A DNA stretch of 64,000 bases, from the NCBI RefSeq assembly GCF_009914755.1, contig NC_060939.1; one strand, written 5' to 3'. The stretch is from the human T2T-CHM13v2.0 reference genome, Homo sapiens. The translations under genes were made by a program, and so were the position numbers. Within the stretch, counting starts at the first letter, position 1; every line of letters starts with the position of its first letter. Below the pieces are notes generated by a model. It did not search any database and was not told where the DNA came from. It saw nothing but the letters and a program-made list of their open reading frames with translations. Positions 34,085-48,800 of the stretch are shown in pieces.

Positions 34085-34975
34085 TATTCATTCACTGCAT
34101 TGCATTCACGAACCTATATTGCATTCAACCAATATCAGACACTGGAGCCAGCCACTAACAAAGCAGACACAGCTCTACCCTCGTGTAGCTAAGAATCTGG
34201 TGGGGTGAAACAACAAACAAACAAGCACACACGACTAATGAATTGCAGGTAGTAATGAGTGCTGCAAAGGAAGCAGAGTGAAAGGATAAGGGATGGGGAG
34301 GACCTGTTTGGAAGTGTGAACAGGGGAAGTCCTGTCCACACTGAGACCTGAAAGATGTTTAGGAGTGGCCCCGAAAAGCCAGGAGAAAAGCATTCTAGTC
34401 AAAGAGAACAGCAAACGCACAGGCCTTGAGAAAGGAATGAAACTCGAGGATTGGAGAGGTAGAGGGGCCCGATGGCAAAGGGAGGGAGAGTGGGGCTGGA
34501 TGGGACGGGAGGGGCGGGACCATGCAGCGGGTACCATGTAGGAAGCCACCATCAGCAGCCTGGGGTTTTTACAAAATGCAGTGAAAGCCATGTTAGGGGA
34601 TTGGGCGGGGGAGTGAGGTGATGGTGCTCGTGTTTCAGCAATATCCCATGGCTATCGATGGGGAATAGGAATAAGGGACACGGGCCAAGAGTAAGCAGTC
34701 CAGGCGAGAGACAGTGGTGACCTGGCCTAGAGCAGTGGAAGAGAAGACGGGAAAAAGAAGGTAGAATCTGGATGTATTTCAGAGGTGAAACTGATGAGAC
34801 TTGCCCACGGGTTAGACGTAGGGAAGAGAAAGGGAAGAATCAGGATAATGGCTGCGTTTGCAGATTGAACAACTGGCTGAATAGTGTGCTGCTTCCTGAG
34901 ATGTGGAAACCTGGGGAGGAGAGTCACGGTTGGTTTAAGAGGTAAAGTCAAGTTCAGATTTGAACATATTAAGAC
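34085..34975 (-). mobile_element. L2
   Basis: attcattca tail; gagacctgaaagatg, tcaagttcagatttgaacatattaag L2 motifs. Confidence 0.7.
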
Positions 34976-35079
34976 TGAGAAGAGGCTGAGGTATAAAATG
35001 GTCACACTGAGCAAGAGGGGAGCAAGCTTATCAAGGAAATGTAGTCAGATTGCCTCAGGCATTGGGTGCCCATTTAAGA

Positions 35080-35400
35080 TTTTTTTTCCTTTCCTTTTTT
35101 TTTTTTTTTTTTTGAGACAGAGACTTGATCTGTCGCCCAGGCTGGATTGCAGTGGTGCAATCTCAGCTCACTGCAACCTCCGCCTCCTGGGTTCAAGCAA
35201 TTCTCTCACCTCAGCCTCCTGAGTAGCTGAAATTACAGGTGTTCACCACCACACTGGCTAATTCTTGTATTTTTAGTAGAGATGGGGTTTCACCATGTTT
35301 GCCAAGGTGGTCTCGAACTCCTGACCTCAAGTGATCTGCCTGCTTTGGCCTCCCAAAGTGCTGGGATTACAGATTACAGGCATGAGCCACTGTATCTGGC
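35080..35400 (-). mobile_element. Alu (S-like)
   Basis: Alu dimer. Confidence 0.95.
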
Positions 35401-35589
35401 CCCACTTAAGGTTTAAAATCATGAATTAAACGCCGAACTGTGTCCAGCCATGTTCAGCTACTTAGGTGCAGTCCTCAAGAGGGCAGGTGAAGAGTTCATC
35501 ACAATGTTGCAGTGTTACCAGCTCATGATTTTGAAGGCAGAGAGAGGGCCAAGAGAATTGAGGCTACTCGTCAGGTGCAACTACAGCGA

Positions 35590-36025
35590 TTGTGGTGGAG
35601 ACGGCAATGCATTCATCCAAATCCATTTTCCTCTCCTTCCTTCCTACATTTCCCTGATTTTCTTGCAGGCAGGTGTGGCCCTGGGACTGGTTCTAACCAG
35701 TGGAATGGGAACAGAAGTCTTGAGGGCCGCTCCTAAGCTTGGCCCATTAAAACCTTCCAGATGTGTCTTTCCATGCTCTTGTCCCCGTTGAGCTGTTTTG
35801 GTGACCTCTGGGGGAACCATAGAAGCTGCTGTTGAAGACGGCACAGTTGCAGTCAGTTTGTGTTGCTGGGGCCTGTGTGAGACCACTCCACCACCACACT
35901 CATATTCAACTTACCCTGACACCTGTGAGCTAGATTATGTGAGCTAGAAATTAATTCCTCTTATCTTGCGCCATTACACATTTTGGTACATTTGTTACTA
36001 AAGCCATGTCTGCCCCAACTAGTAC
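35590..36025 (+). mobile_element. MLT1 (MaLR) LTR
   Basis: gactggttctaaccagtggaatg...tttgttactaaagc...aactagtaca. Confidence 0.7.
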
Positions 36026-36148
36026 AGTGACAGGTCATGTCAGAGGGTGAAGAAGGAGTGGAAACTGATGAGTCAGAGGGCCACATGGGGGCCCATATCT
36101 TCCACTGAAACCTCAGAGAGCTGAGTGGCTCACCTAGAGAAACTAGGG

Positions 36149-36318
36149 CAGTGGTTCGCAACCATGGCTGCACGTTAAATCACCTGAGGACCCTTAGAAA
36201 ACCCTGAGGCCCAGGCCGCCCAGAAGACCAATCAAATCCGAAGACCAGGGGAAAGAGTGAGGCCCAGACATTTTTTAAAGCTCCCCAGTTGATTCCAATG
36301 CGCAAAGTGGAGAACTAC
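36149..36318. mobile_element. MER5-type hAT element
   Basis: cagtggttc...aatcacctg...aaagctccccag...gagaactac. Confidence 0.75.
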
Positions 36319-36604
36319 AAAACTAGGATGAATACCAACGGAACCAGATTCAAGGATCTTTGTCCAGTGGGGTTTCACAGCCATTTTATGATGAATAGGG
36401 CACTTATAGGAGCCTTATAGCTGAGTAAGGGAACACTGCATCCAAGCCATAGCAGACACCAACAAGGAAGTGGCTGTGCTTAAGATCCAGAGCGGACTGG
36501 AGATCTCAGGGGATGCCAATTGGTTACAGAGAATGACCGTGAACCAGCACCTCCCTCCCTCCACTCCAGTACAGCTCAGGAGCAGACTAAAAAGGCAGAG
36601 AGTC

Positions 36605-36924
<320 letters not shown>

Positions 36925-37096
36925 TGAATTAGATGGGATTCAATTTGAAATAACCCACTTTGCCGCCAGTTGGCTGAGATTTACATTATCTGCTTCTATC
37001 AGGAGGAATAAAAGTGTCACATTGAGACACTGGGTTGTATGGCTTCAGAAATAAGTACCTGCTCACCTGCATTTTAATCATGAGCATTTTGTTTTA

Positions 37097-37920
37097 TTTT
37101 ATTTTTTTCAATTTAAAAGCAGGCACTGTTTATTAATTGACCAGATTAGAAAAAATCCTGGTAGACACCTTAGTTCATTCTCCTAAGAAGCCTATTGATC
37201 CGGTCTTCCCTGTTGCCAGCATCTCCACCTTCTACAAAATAGGTGGTCTTTTTCTTCATTTTACCTCATGGAGAGGATAATTTGAAGAGCCGCAGGAAGT
37301 TATTAGCTTCTTTTAAGTGTTTTCCAACAGTATAGATCTCATGAATCAGATCCTCCATGCAGGCGATGCCATATTTACCAAGAGATCGAGCAATCAACGT
37401 GTTATCTGCCAAGGCAATTCGCTTCTTACTGATTTTGTCATAACCAGGCTTGTAGATTTTTACTGACTTCAGGCTTGGTTACCCCCATGCAATATGTGGT
37501 TCTACGATCCTCAACATGTTAATTGAAGTCTTGTTGTGCTTAACAAAGATTCCACTGAAGATTTGACAAAGGCAAAGAAGCTACAACACCTTTCGGACCT
37601 TTGGGCTCGCACCATTGATACCTCTGTTCCTGATGACAAACGCCAATTTGGGTTCTGCAGGTACTTAGAAGTTGTCAGCTTTTCTTGCCATCCAAGCCAT
37701 TTGAATTTCAGTTCTGTATATATGTCTGTATTTCCTGTGACAATGCTTCGTTTTTTCGTAGATAAGCTTCCTCCTTGCCTTTCAAAGCATCTTTTAGGCA
37801 AAATTCTTTCTCAGGTGCTCGATGTTCAGCTCTGCAAAATTCCTTTGCTTTTTCTTAAGGGTTTTGGGCACAGCAGGAAGCTTCTTCTCTTTGATACCTC
37901 CAGGGTTCCAGTGGACAAGA
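37097..37920 (-). pseudogene. RPL7: Processed pseudogene of ribosomal protein L7 (parent RPL7; possibly the locus named RPL7P5)
   Basis: Minus strand reads [21 protein letters not shown]...VPAEPKLAFVIR...HEIYTVGK...[19 protein letters not shown] (stop 37170-72). Intronless, with 3'UTR AATAAA (37129-34) and a poly(A) remnant. TSD GCATTTTGTTTTA at 37084-96 and 37923-35. Start ATG mutated to CTG (37903); premature stop at 37794-96; indels. Confidence 0.96.
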
Positions 37921-38308
37921 GTGCATTTTGTTTTAAAACAGCCTCTGTTGTCATCTCTAGGACTCACTGTAATGGTGGAGATTTCAGGCCCTGGTCCATC
38001 CACATGAAAGAGATTTTTTGTGGCAATCGGTACTCAAACCACTGGTCCAGTTCATGCCCTGATCCTTTCTTGGATGTTACCCAAGTTTTTGGCCCTGGTT
38101 AGCTAGCTTACAGGCAGAATTCAGTGCAAACTCATCCCCTCAGTTGGCAGGTACCTCAAGGAGTCTATGCCTGTGTCCATGTCTGAATCATCTTTATTTC
38201 CTTCATCAAATTAACCGCAAATGTTTTTTGCTTATTGTAGACATTCAAAAATACTAACAGATTAAAGGATAATAGTAACCATAATAATAATAATAATAAT
38301 GATAATAA

Positions 38309-38633
<325 letters not shown>

Positions 38634-38899
38634 CCGATTATACTTATTCAATGGCATTGCTCATACTTGAGGGCTCCTCCATGTGCCATTTTTACTGTAA
38701 ATAAATTTCGCTATAACTTTAAAGAAAAGTGTTTAATTGTCTCTTTAATTCCTTCGTCTTTTACATAGCCTTTTTTACATTCTGATGTTTTCTAAATTTT
38801 CTTTTATAACATTCATATGTTTGCATTTGTATAAGTAAAAAGGAATATAAAGAAAAATATTTCAAATAATCCATACTCTTACCACCCTGATGACATCTG

Positions 38900-40575
38900 T
38901 CAAAAATTTTTTAAAGTGCATGCATATGTACATGGTTAGAATGTTTGAACAGCACATGAGAGTATGAAATGCTAGGAGAAAGCTGCCTGGGACACTCACA
39001 TTTACCCTGCCCTCAGCTCCTTTCCCCATAGCAATGATGTAAGTGACTATTATTCCTTTCAGAAAGTGAAATGTCTATGTGAAGATGCAATTTAATATAT
39101 ATATATGTACATAGACTGACAGATACAGACAAAGACATATACAGATAGATAATTGTAATTTACATAGAAAGAAGCCTATCATTCTTAGTGTTCTCCAACT
39201 TGCTTTTTTCAAGGAATGTGTCTTAGAGATTATTCCATATCAACACATATGGACTCACCTCGTTTTTTAACAGCAGCAGAATATTCTATAGCGTGACTAT
39301 GATGTAGTTTATATGACAGTTTTCTCCTGGACTTTTAAAAGTTTTCAGATTCTTGCCATTATGAACAATGCTGCAACCAATATCCTTGCAGCCCTATCTT
39401 GGCAAATTTTTGTGGGTAAATTTTTATATGCTAAATTTGAGTTGGTGTTTAAAATATCTCAAGAACTAATATATATGATTTGAATAGTAAAAACTGCACA
39501 TTCTGGCCATCAGAGAGCTGTAGCCCTGAGGTTAATTATCCTGAGAGGAAGAGAAAGAGTGATTTGCCTTTTTCTACATCTCCGAGTTCTAGAGTCAACG
39601 TGAGCAGAGGCAAACAGTCAAAGAAAGCTACCCACTTTTCTTTACTTTTAAAGTCAACACCCAACCTATCAGTGATGTTTCTGTCCCTGGGTGACCAGAA
39701 ATGGCCCAGGAACTTGTGAATTCCAAGCAGTTTGTCTCAACCTCAAGCTCACTCACTGCATCTGCCATTTTGTCAAGCAAGGAGGGGATCAAGGCAAAAG
39801 AAGATGAAGGAATGGCTGTTGTGAAACCTGCTGCTGTCTCATACCCAGCCTGAGACAGCCTGAGAATGCACATTGGAAAACTGGTTAGCATTTACTCTTT
39901 AACAGAAAATGTGGAATATAAACACGTGCCCACCAAGCCAAAAGGGTCTTCCAGTTTCCCTTCTTGGAGGAAGAGATTTGTCTAGAAGAAGGATTTTTCA
40001 TCCTTGGCACTGTTGACATGTTGTGCTGGATGGTTCTTTGTTGTCCATGGGGAAGTGCTGTTCTGTGCATTGGAGGATGCTTAGCAGTGTCTCTGGCCTC
40101 TACCGACTAGATGCCTGTAGCACCCACTCCCCACCTCACCCACAGTTGTCTCCAAACGTTATCAGATGTCTCTCTTGTTAAAAACCACTGGTCTAGGAGC
40201 ACATGCACACATATGCACATATATTTGTGTCATATATTTATAGTAGGTAAATAGTATTCTCTTATATGGTTGTACTATAAATTATTTACCCAGTCTCACT
40301 TTGATAGGTACTTATTCCTTTTTTGAATTATTTTGTACTATAAACAATTCCGCAAGGAATATATTCTGCAAAGGACAATTCTTAGATGTGGAATTGCTGG
40401 GTCAAGGCTAAGCACATTTGACATTGTGATAGATATTAACTAAATTGCTTTCCGAGGAGAATGCACCAATATTCACTCTTGCTAACAATGTATGAGAATG
40501 CCTGTTTCTATACGCCCTTGCCAACTCAGCATGTTAACAAACCTTTTCATGTTTTTTAATCTGAAAGGTGAAAAA
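38900..40575 (-). mobile_element. Old L1ME 3' fragments (38.9-39.4 kb and 40.24-40.57 kb)
   Basis: aacaatgctgcaaccaatatcctt, tggaattgctgggtcaa motifs. Confidence 0.5.
39989..40190 (-). mobile_element. MER20
   Basis: ggcactgttgacat...tggcctctaccgactagatgcc...aaccactg. Confidence 0.8.
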
Positions 40576-41689
40576 TGGGGTTTTTCTGTCACAGCTCTGC
40601 CTCTGTGTTCAGTTCTAGAACAGGTAGTCTAAAGGGAAGTTGCTCAAAAATGTACCCTCATAGAGATCCAAAGCCCAGGACAGAGAATTCTGGAGAAGAA
40701 TTCTGATAAAGCACTTCAGTTTCTTTTTTCTTTTTCTAGGTTAGGCCAAATCCAACTTATCTAAGCTGCTGGAAATTGCAAATGATTCTCAACGAGAGAC
40801 CCAGCCCCTTGAAACTGTGTGCTTAATTCACACGACATGCCAGAGCGTGATTTCTGGAAAGGCTTTTTGCATTCCTGTAGATCCATATGTGATAAATACT
40901 TTTATCATTTTCTGTGGTGTTCACCATCATGGTGCTGAGAGGTGCTGTCTGCTTTCATCTACGTGCTGAATTACAGATATACATGATCAAATAAAGTCAA
41001 GACAAGAATCAAACCTCATAAAAATCTTGCCTACAGCATGTACCCAAAAAAATCAGTCATGCCAAGGCTATGCAGGCCAAGTGAAGCCAGAAGTTGTGCA
41101 ATTACCCAGAAGAGGTTGAAATTTCTGACAAAAACAGGGACCTTATTGAAAATGTAAGCATAAAATGAATCCTCATTAAAAGAGAAAAAAAAGCTGCTTC
41201 AATACTTTGCTAATGTGAACACTGAAAGTCATAATTTCTGACCTCCAGTATGTACTTCATCTGTGAAGCCCACAGTGAAACAGATTTTCCATTCCCCAAT
41301 TTTCTGGGTTGGTCACTTTGGCTCTAACTTAAAACAAGTTTTTGAATCAGACCAGAGTGTTCCACACTTTGCAGTTGCCTGATTGAAGACAAAGATCTAT
41401 TCTTTCACTCAGGACTCATATATTGGAAGCCTACTATGTGTCAGGTCCTTAGCTAGACTCTGGGGAAGGTACTAACGAGGAAGACACCACGGCTGCTGGC
41501 CTGACCTCACAACAGAGAAGATCTGAGAAGAGAGGCTGGGGACTAGCAGAATAGAGGAGTTTGCTGGTGTGTGCAGTGGCCCCCACGCCTACCAGTAGGA
41601 GCTCTTGGGGTTTATCATAGTCCAGTCCAGTCTGAAATCAAGTGACCAGTGCAAAGGGCTCTTGGCTACTGTCAGGAAAGTAATTAGAG

Positions 41690-42209
41690 TGTAGTTCTGA
41701 TCACCTCCTGTTTACTCTCTTGGTGAAGGAGGGATCCCTTGCTCTAATTAATATGAGATGGCCAAATACAAGACACTTGACACTGGGTAGGTGAGGTTGG
41801 CACCAGTCTATTAGTCACATATCCTCACAGCCTTGGGGAGGAGGATACCACGCACCATGTGGAGCCACATTGGGGTTACACTCGGGGCAGAGGGAAACAG
41901 CAGGGGCCGTGGGAATCAGGCCTTGTAGTAACAAGAGGGTGAGGTGTCCCCAGGTTCCTGCAGGAGGATGTCATTGGCTTGTTTTGATAATTTTACAGGC
42001 TGGCAGTGACATGGAACCTATTAGGTTTAGGTCCAGATGGTGTGCAGCTGGTCTGGCTGATAGGGGAACTAGCTGGGTGAAGAATCTTTCCTGCTGGGTG
42101 GGGGCCATATCTGGTGAGAGAAAGCAGGGGGACTCAGGGTGAGACCTTTTGGATCTCATGAGGGTCAAAGACGGTCAAGGCAGCAGCACATGATATTTCA
42201 GGCCTTACA
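41690..42209. mobile_element. ERVL-type solo LTR (subfamily uncertain)
   Basis: TGTA...TACA ends, ~520 bp, LTR-like composition. Confidence 0.55.
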
Positions 42210-42356
42210 AGATAGTCTGTTACATTTCTTACTGACAATTTTCCTTCTCTATCTCTATCTCTTCAATAGTAGCCCAGGATTATCTTTGAGGATATGGACC
42301 AAATTTCTGCCAACTACAGCCTGAATACAAGCATACAATCAACACTTGCTGAACAA

Positions 42357-43529
<1,173 letters not shown>

Positions 43530-43689
43530 GACCTACTAGACAGCCAGAAGTAGAGTCACTTGTCCCTTTTGAACAGGAAGGGAGCAGTTTGTACTAACCC
43601 TGCTAACGATTTAATCTACTACTTATTCCTGATTACCCTCCTTAGGTAACAACAATGCAACAACCTTCCAGTGGTTTAAAAACCACCCC

Positions 43690-44350
43690 CTGCCCCCTAA
43701 CCTTGCTCCAGCCGCACGTGTGCTCTTTCTGTTCTTTCAACAAAATAACCTCTGTCCCACCTGGGGAACTTTGCTATTTCCTCTGCCTGAGATACTCTTC
43801 TCCAGGTCTTAATCTGGCCACTCGGCTTAAATGTCATTGCCTCAGAGAAGCCTTTCCTGAACTCATAGCTAAGGCATTGGCCCAATTACTCTATCTCATG
43901 ATTATTTTCATCATAGCTCTTATTACCATCTGACATTTTCTTGTTGGTGCATTTTTTATTGTCTGTCTACCCCCAAGACTACAAGCTTCATGAGAACATC
44001 GATCTTCCAGGGAAGATCGATGGAATTACTTCCTGGAAATACCAGGGCCTGAATAGTGCCTGGCTCACAGCAGGGGCTCAGAAGTTTGTGGAAGAAATCA
44101 ATGAACCACATATGTAACTATTATTTATGTTGGTACATGTAGCTTATGGAAGCACTTTAAATAACCTTGAGTAAGATAATCTTACTCAAGATTATCATCT
44201 TTTATGATAACCTTTTATCATCATCTTTTATATGGAGGAAAATTGAGGTTTGGAGAGGTTGAGCAACGTGCCCAACATAACACATGTAGGAAATGGTGGA
44301 GATGTGATTTAAACAAAGGAACTTTTGACTCGAAAATATGTGGTCTTGCC
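43690..44350. mobile_element. L2 3' end (+) followed by MIR (-)
   Basis: agtgcctggctcacagcagg; gaggaaaattgaggtttggagaggtt. Confidence 0.65.
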
Positions 44351-45511
44351 ATTTCAGTCACTCCCAGATTTGTCTCCAATCTCAACATTCGAAAATTCTT
44401 ACAGATATAAATCCTTGCTAGATCATGAGTTGCAATCTGGAACTGATTTGTGTTCTCTCTGTAGCCATCACAGAGAACTGACCGTTCTCTCTGTACAAGA
44501 TCTTTGGGGACATCCAGACCCAGAATTGGTCTAAATGGACATCTTAATAGGCATGGTAGAGTCTGATAATGCCTGGAATGCATTTCAAAAGAGATTACTG
44601 AGGGGTGACTAAAGGGTTCTTGGTAGGAGAGGTCAAGCCTTTAAAAGAAATGTTGAGACAAAAATACACAGGCAAAGAGGACAGTAGAGAGAGATCATGA
44701 TGGTTATATATGCAAGGGTCGAAGTGGGTGGGATATCGGGAGATGTGTGAAATGCAGTCTGTCTTTGGATAGAATATAAAACATGAAAAGAAAATAAACT
44801 CAAGGTTTGAAATTCCTGTAATTGACATGTGAATATATTGTTGGTTGTGGAGAGAATCACAAAGTCTGAATAAACTCTGTACAGGAGAAAAAATACAATA
44901 TAACAAAATGACAACATATAATAGAAATTGAAAGACTTATTTGAAGTTCAATTGTGTAAAACATCCAGCTGTCAAAGATTCAATTTCTTATATTTTAAAA
45001 GTTTATTTAATCTTTAGGTAGACTTCTACATGCAAGAATATAAACTGAGCAAAGAAAAGCTCTTTTATCTGCTTCTTTGAGAACCTGAATTCATCCTTTT
45101 CATCATCAGCCATTCAAGAATAAAAGCCCATGTGATATTAAAATAAGAAAAGTGAAAACGCCCCTTTCAATACCTGAAAAGGGTGTAATGGGCCACATTA
45201 TACATGTGTATGTGTCAGTTTCTGGTGTTTCGGAATAGCCACATGGTGGACATGGAACCCTACGGCTTTGTGTAATAATTGCAAACATTTTATTATTTTC
45301 TGTGATTTTCCCCCTCAATTCAGAGCACTGATCACCTTAACACATTCATACTTATAAACATTTTCCAATGGTCTTAATATTGCCCAAACTGAAGTTGAAT
45401 TTACCATTGTAAAGCATCGTAAAAATACTTTATACTGGATATATTAACTCCATATGACGGTTAAAATTGGGGAATTGAGTAAAGCATAGAATAACTAAAA
45501 TATTTTATCAC

Positions 45512-46445
45512 TTAATTTTTTATCCTGAAATAATGTTAGACTTACCAAAAGTTTTAAAAATGCTGCAGAAAATTCATTGAATTCTTCCATAAGGATAGTA
45601 TGATTATCAAAATCAGGAAACTAACATTGATATAACACTATTATATATACTCATAGAATACAGACCTTACTCAAATTTCACCAGTTTTCCCATTTCTGTC
45701 TCTTTTCTGCACCAGGATCCAATCCAGAATCCCATTTTGCCTTTAGTAATCAGGTCTCCTTGATTTCCTCCAGTTTGCAACTGGTCCTCAGTCTTTTCTT
45801 GTCTTTCATAGTCTGGACACTTTTAACGAGCATTGGTCAGTTATTTTGTAAAATATCTCCGCAATTGCAGTTTGTCTGATGTTTTCTTATGGTTAAATTC
45901 AGGTTATACATTTTTAGCAAGAATACCAAAGAAGTGAGATGCCCGTCTCATTGCTTCATATGGTGGGGTACATGATGTTGATATACTTTGTTACTGATGA
46001 TGCTAGCCTTGTTCACTTGCTTAAGGTGGTGTCTGCTGGGTTTCTCTACTATAAAGTTACTATTTTTCTCCTTGTAATTAATAAATATCTTGTAGGAGAC
46101 TACTTTGAGACTATGTAAATGTCCTGTTTCTCATCATCCTTTCACCCACTGTGACAATTATTAACAGTGGTGTCTGCCTAATGATGGCTTTGCATTGTCC
46201 TTATTCCTTGTACATTTTTTAGTTGGAATTCTTTGGTCAGGAAGATCTGTACCATCTCTCCCATTTATTTATTCACTTAATTATTTATTTGTATCAGTAC
46301 GGGCTCATGGATATTTATTTTATTCCTTTGACATGCCCCCATCATTTTTTGAGCACTTCCTTGTTTTCTGGTACCATAAGTTCATCTTGCTTTTTTCTTG
46401 CCCCAGTCCTGAAATCAACCATTTCTCTAAGGAGCCACAGTTCCT
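45512..46445 (-). mobile_element. L1MC-type 3' region
   Basis: aggaaactaacattgata...ttttagcaagaatacca...aaggtggtgtctgc. Confidence 0.75.
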
Positions 46446-47161
46446 TAGCCATAGTTTATTGTAAAACGGCACTTATTACAGATCTGGGTGTTTATCGTAG
46501 AACTTGCAATAGAAAACGAGTGTACAATTTTCTCTCTCTGGCACACAGACATTAGGGATCTTAAAGCTGAAGAACTTTCCATGAACAGAACAAAGCAAAT
46601 TCTGTTTTTATCTCTAGGTTTAATTAATAGTGTAGAATTTTGATTTTCTGAAATAGTTACAAGTCACTAGATCCTCGATGTAACAAGTAAGACATAGTTC
46701 TCTTATATGTGGCATTTCTCAGCAAGATACAAGTCTTTATAGAAAGTTAAATTTGGAGGGAGAATTTACTACTAATTTGGGGTAACAGATTAAAAACCTT
46801 CAATTTTTAATTATTTATACTCATACAAGATCGATATATAGAAATACGTATTAGATTTTTTTTTAGATACTTTGCTTGGGTCACACCATACTTAAAAAGT
46901 ATCAACTTTGTGTACAAGTATTGGAGACAGAAGATTGAACATGGCATAGTCCCTGTCTTCAAGTGGCTCACAAAACTCCTTCGAGGCTCATTTTACCCCA
47001 ATCACTTATTTGCTCTAGTTTTCCCTGGTTCGGGTAAACTGACTTTTTTCCTCTGTGAATCCATTCTTTTCCCTGACCACCTCCCTCTGGTCATTCTTCT
47101 ACTCCATAAGTCATTTCCGTTTTTCTTCAGCCCATATACCTCAACTTCAAAAATCTGCTTA

Positions 47162-47465
<304 letters not shown>

Positions 47466-47539
47466 TTTTTTTTTTCCTCCTCCAAGAAGTCCCCTGCTAA
47501 CATGTCCAGTCTCATCTAGTTGTATCTTTCTCCAGCTCC

Positions 47540-48800
47540 TGAGGCTAAGGAGATATTGTCCCACAGGCATCTCAAATTCAACACAAGCATAACGGAACTC
47601 ATCCTATTTCTTTCTGTCCAGCCCCAGCTCCTTCCATCTTGTCTTCCTCCAGGGTTCCCCACTTAAATAATGCTGCTACTGTCCACCCAGGAGCCTGAAC
47701 AACAAACCTGGTGGGGACAACTGGGATTTCTTGACCCCCCCTAAGCCCTGGTTCAAAGGTCAGCAAGCCAGTGAGTTGTGACTTCTAAACAGCTTTCTAT
47801 TTTGCCCCTGCTTTCTCATTTGTATCAGGAAACTGCCTTCATTCAGGTCCTCTTTCTTATCTCAGGTAGCATCGGCATCAAATAGGTCCCCTGAGAAGTA
47901 GACTCCCAAAGATTCTGGTGAAGGTAGAGTGTTTGGAAGGTGATCCCAGGAAGTGAGAGAGGGGAAAGGAGAAGAGGTAACAGAAGTGTGCAAATGGGTA
48001 GGTCACCACTGCTGTCAATGGGTGCCCAATCTACTGGGACATCCCATCCCTCCACAAGAGACTTGGGGGAGCATGCCTCAGAAATGTCTTCCTGAGTTTT
48101 GAGGAAGCTGGGATATTTATCTACGAAGACCAGCCCTCTAAGCTAGAGCATGCTCTCAAACACAGACACACAGGAAGTCATCAGCATGTGTGGGAACTTT
48201 GTGAAGATCTTTGGAGATGAGGGCGGGAGGGGGTCTGACAACATCAGTACCTCCTAACTGGTTGTTTTGCCTCCAGGCTTGCTCTCCCCACCAACCACTA
48301 CTCCCTAAGTAGTCTTTCTAAAATGCCAAATAGCTCAAGCTCCTCACCTGCTTAAAATCTGTCAGGGGTTCAGAATAAAATCCAAATGGCTTGATCTTGA
48401 CATGTTAATGATCTGCGCCATCTCATTCCCAGCTACTCTTTTAGCTGCTTCCCAGTACTCAATGCAGACTCCAGGCACACTGTGCTAGCTGTCGGGTCTC
48501 AGAGCCACACTCGAGGTCCCCGCACACAGCGCTCCCTCTGCCTAAGGTCTGCTCATAAATATTTAAGAAACATTTATTTGATTTTCTAGGACATTCCAGG
48601 CATTGTGCTAGACACAGTGAATACAATAAAGAATAAGTTACAGTTTTAGTCTTCAAGGAGCTCACTCTCTAAAGGGAGGAAACAGACATACAAAAAGAAA
48701 TACACTATTCGTTGAGTAAAACCCCATATTAGAGAAAATGATGCCTAAGTGGAGACTTGATGGATTGACTTGATGCAGAGTTTACCCTGCAGACAGGAGG
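47540..48800. mobile_element. L2 fragments with an MLT1-like LTR piece (~47820-48200)
   Basis: caggcatctcaaattcaaca L2 motif; tgtatcagg... MaLR-like segment. Confidence 0.5.

Noticed and set aside
37536-38102. 188-aa + strand ORF
   Set aside because: Antisense shadow of the RPL7 pseudogene; starts at GTG
40595-40623. Possible 29-nt exon (CAG|GTAGTC donor)
   Set aside because: Weak donor, adjacent to an L1 remnant
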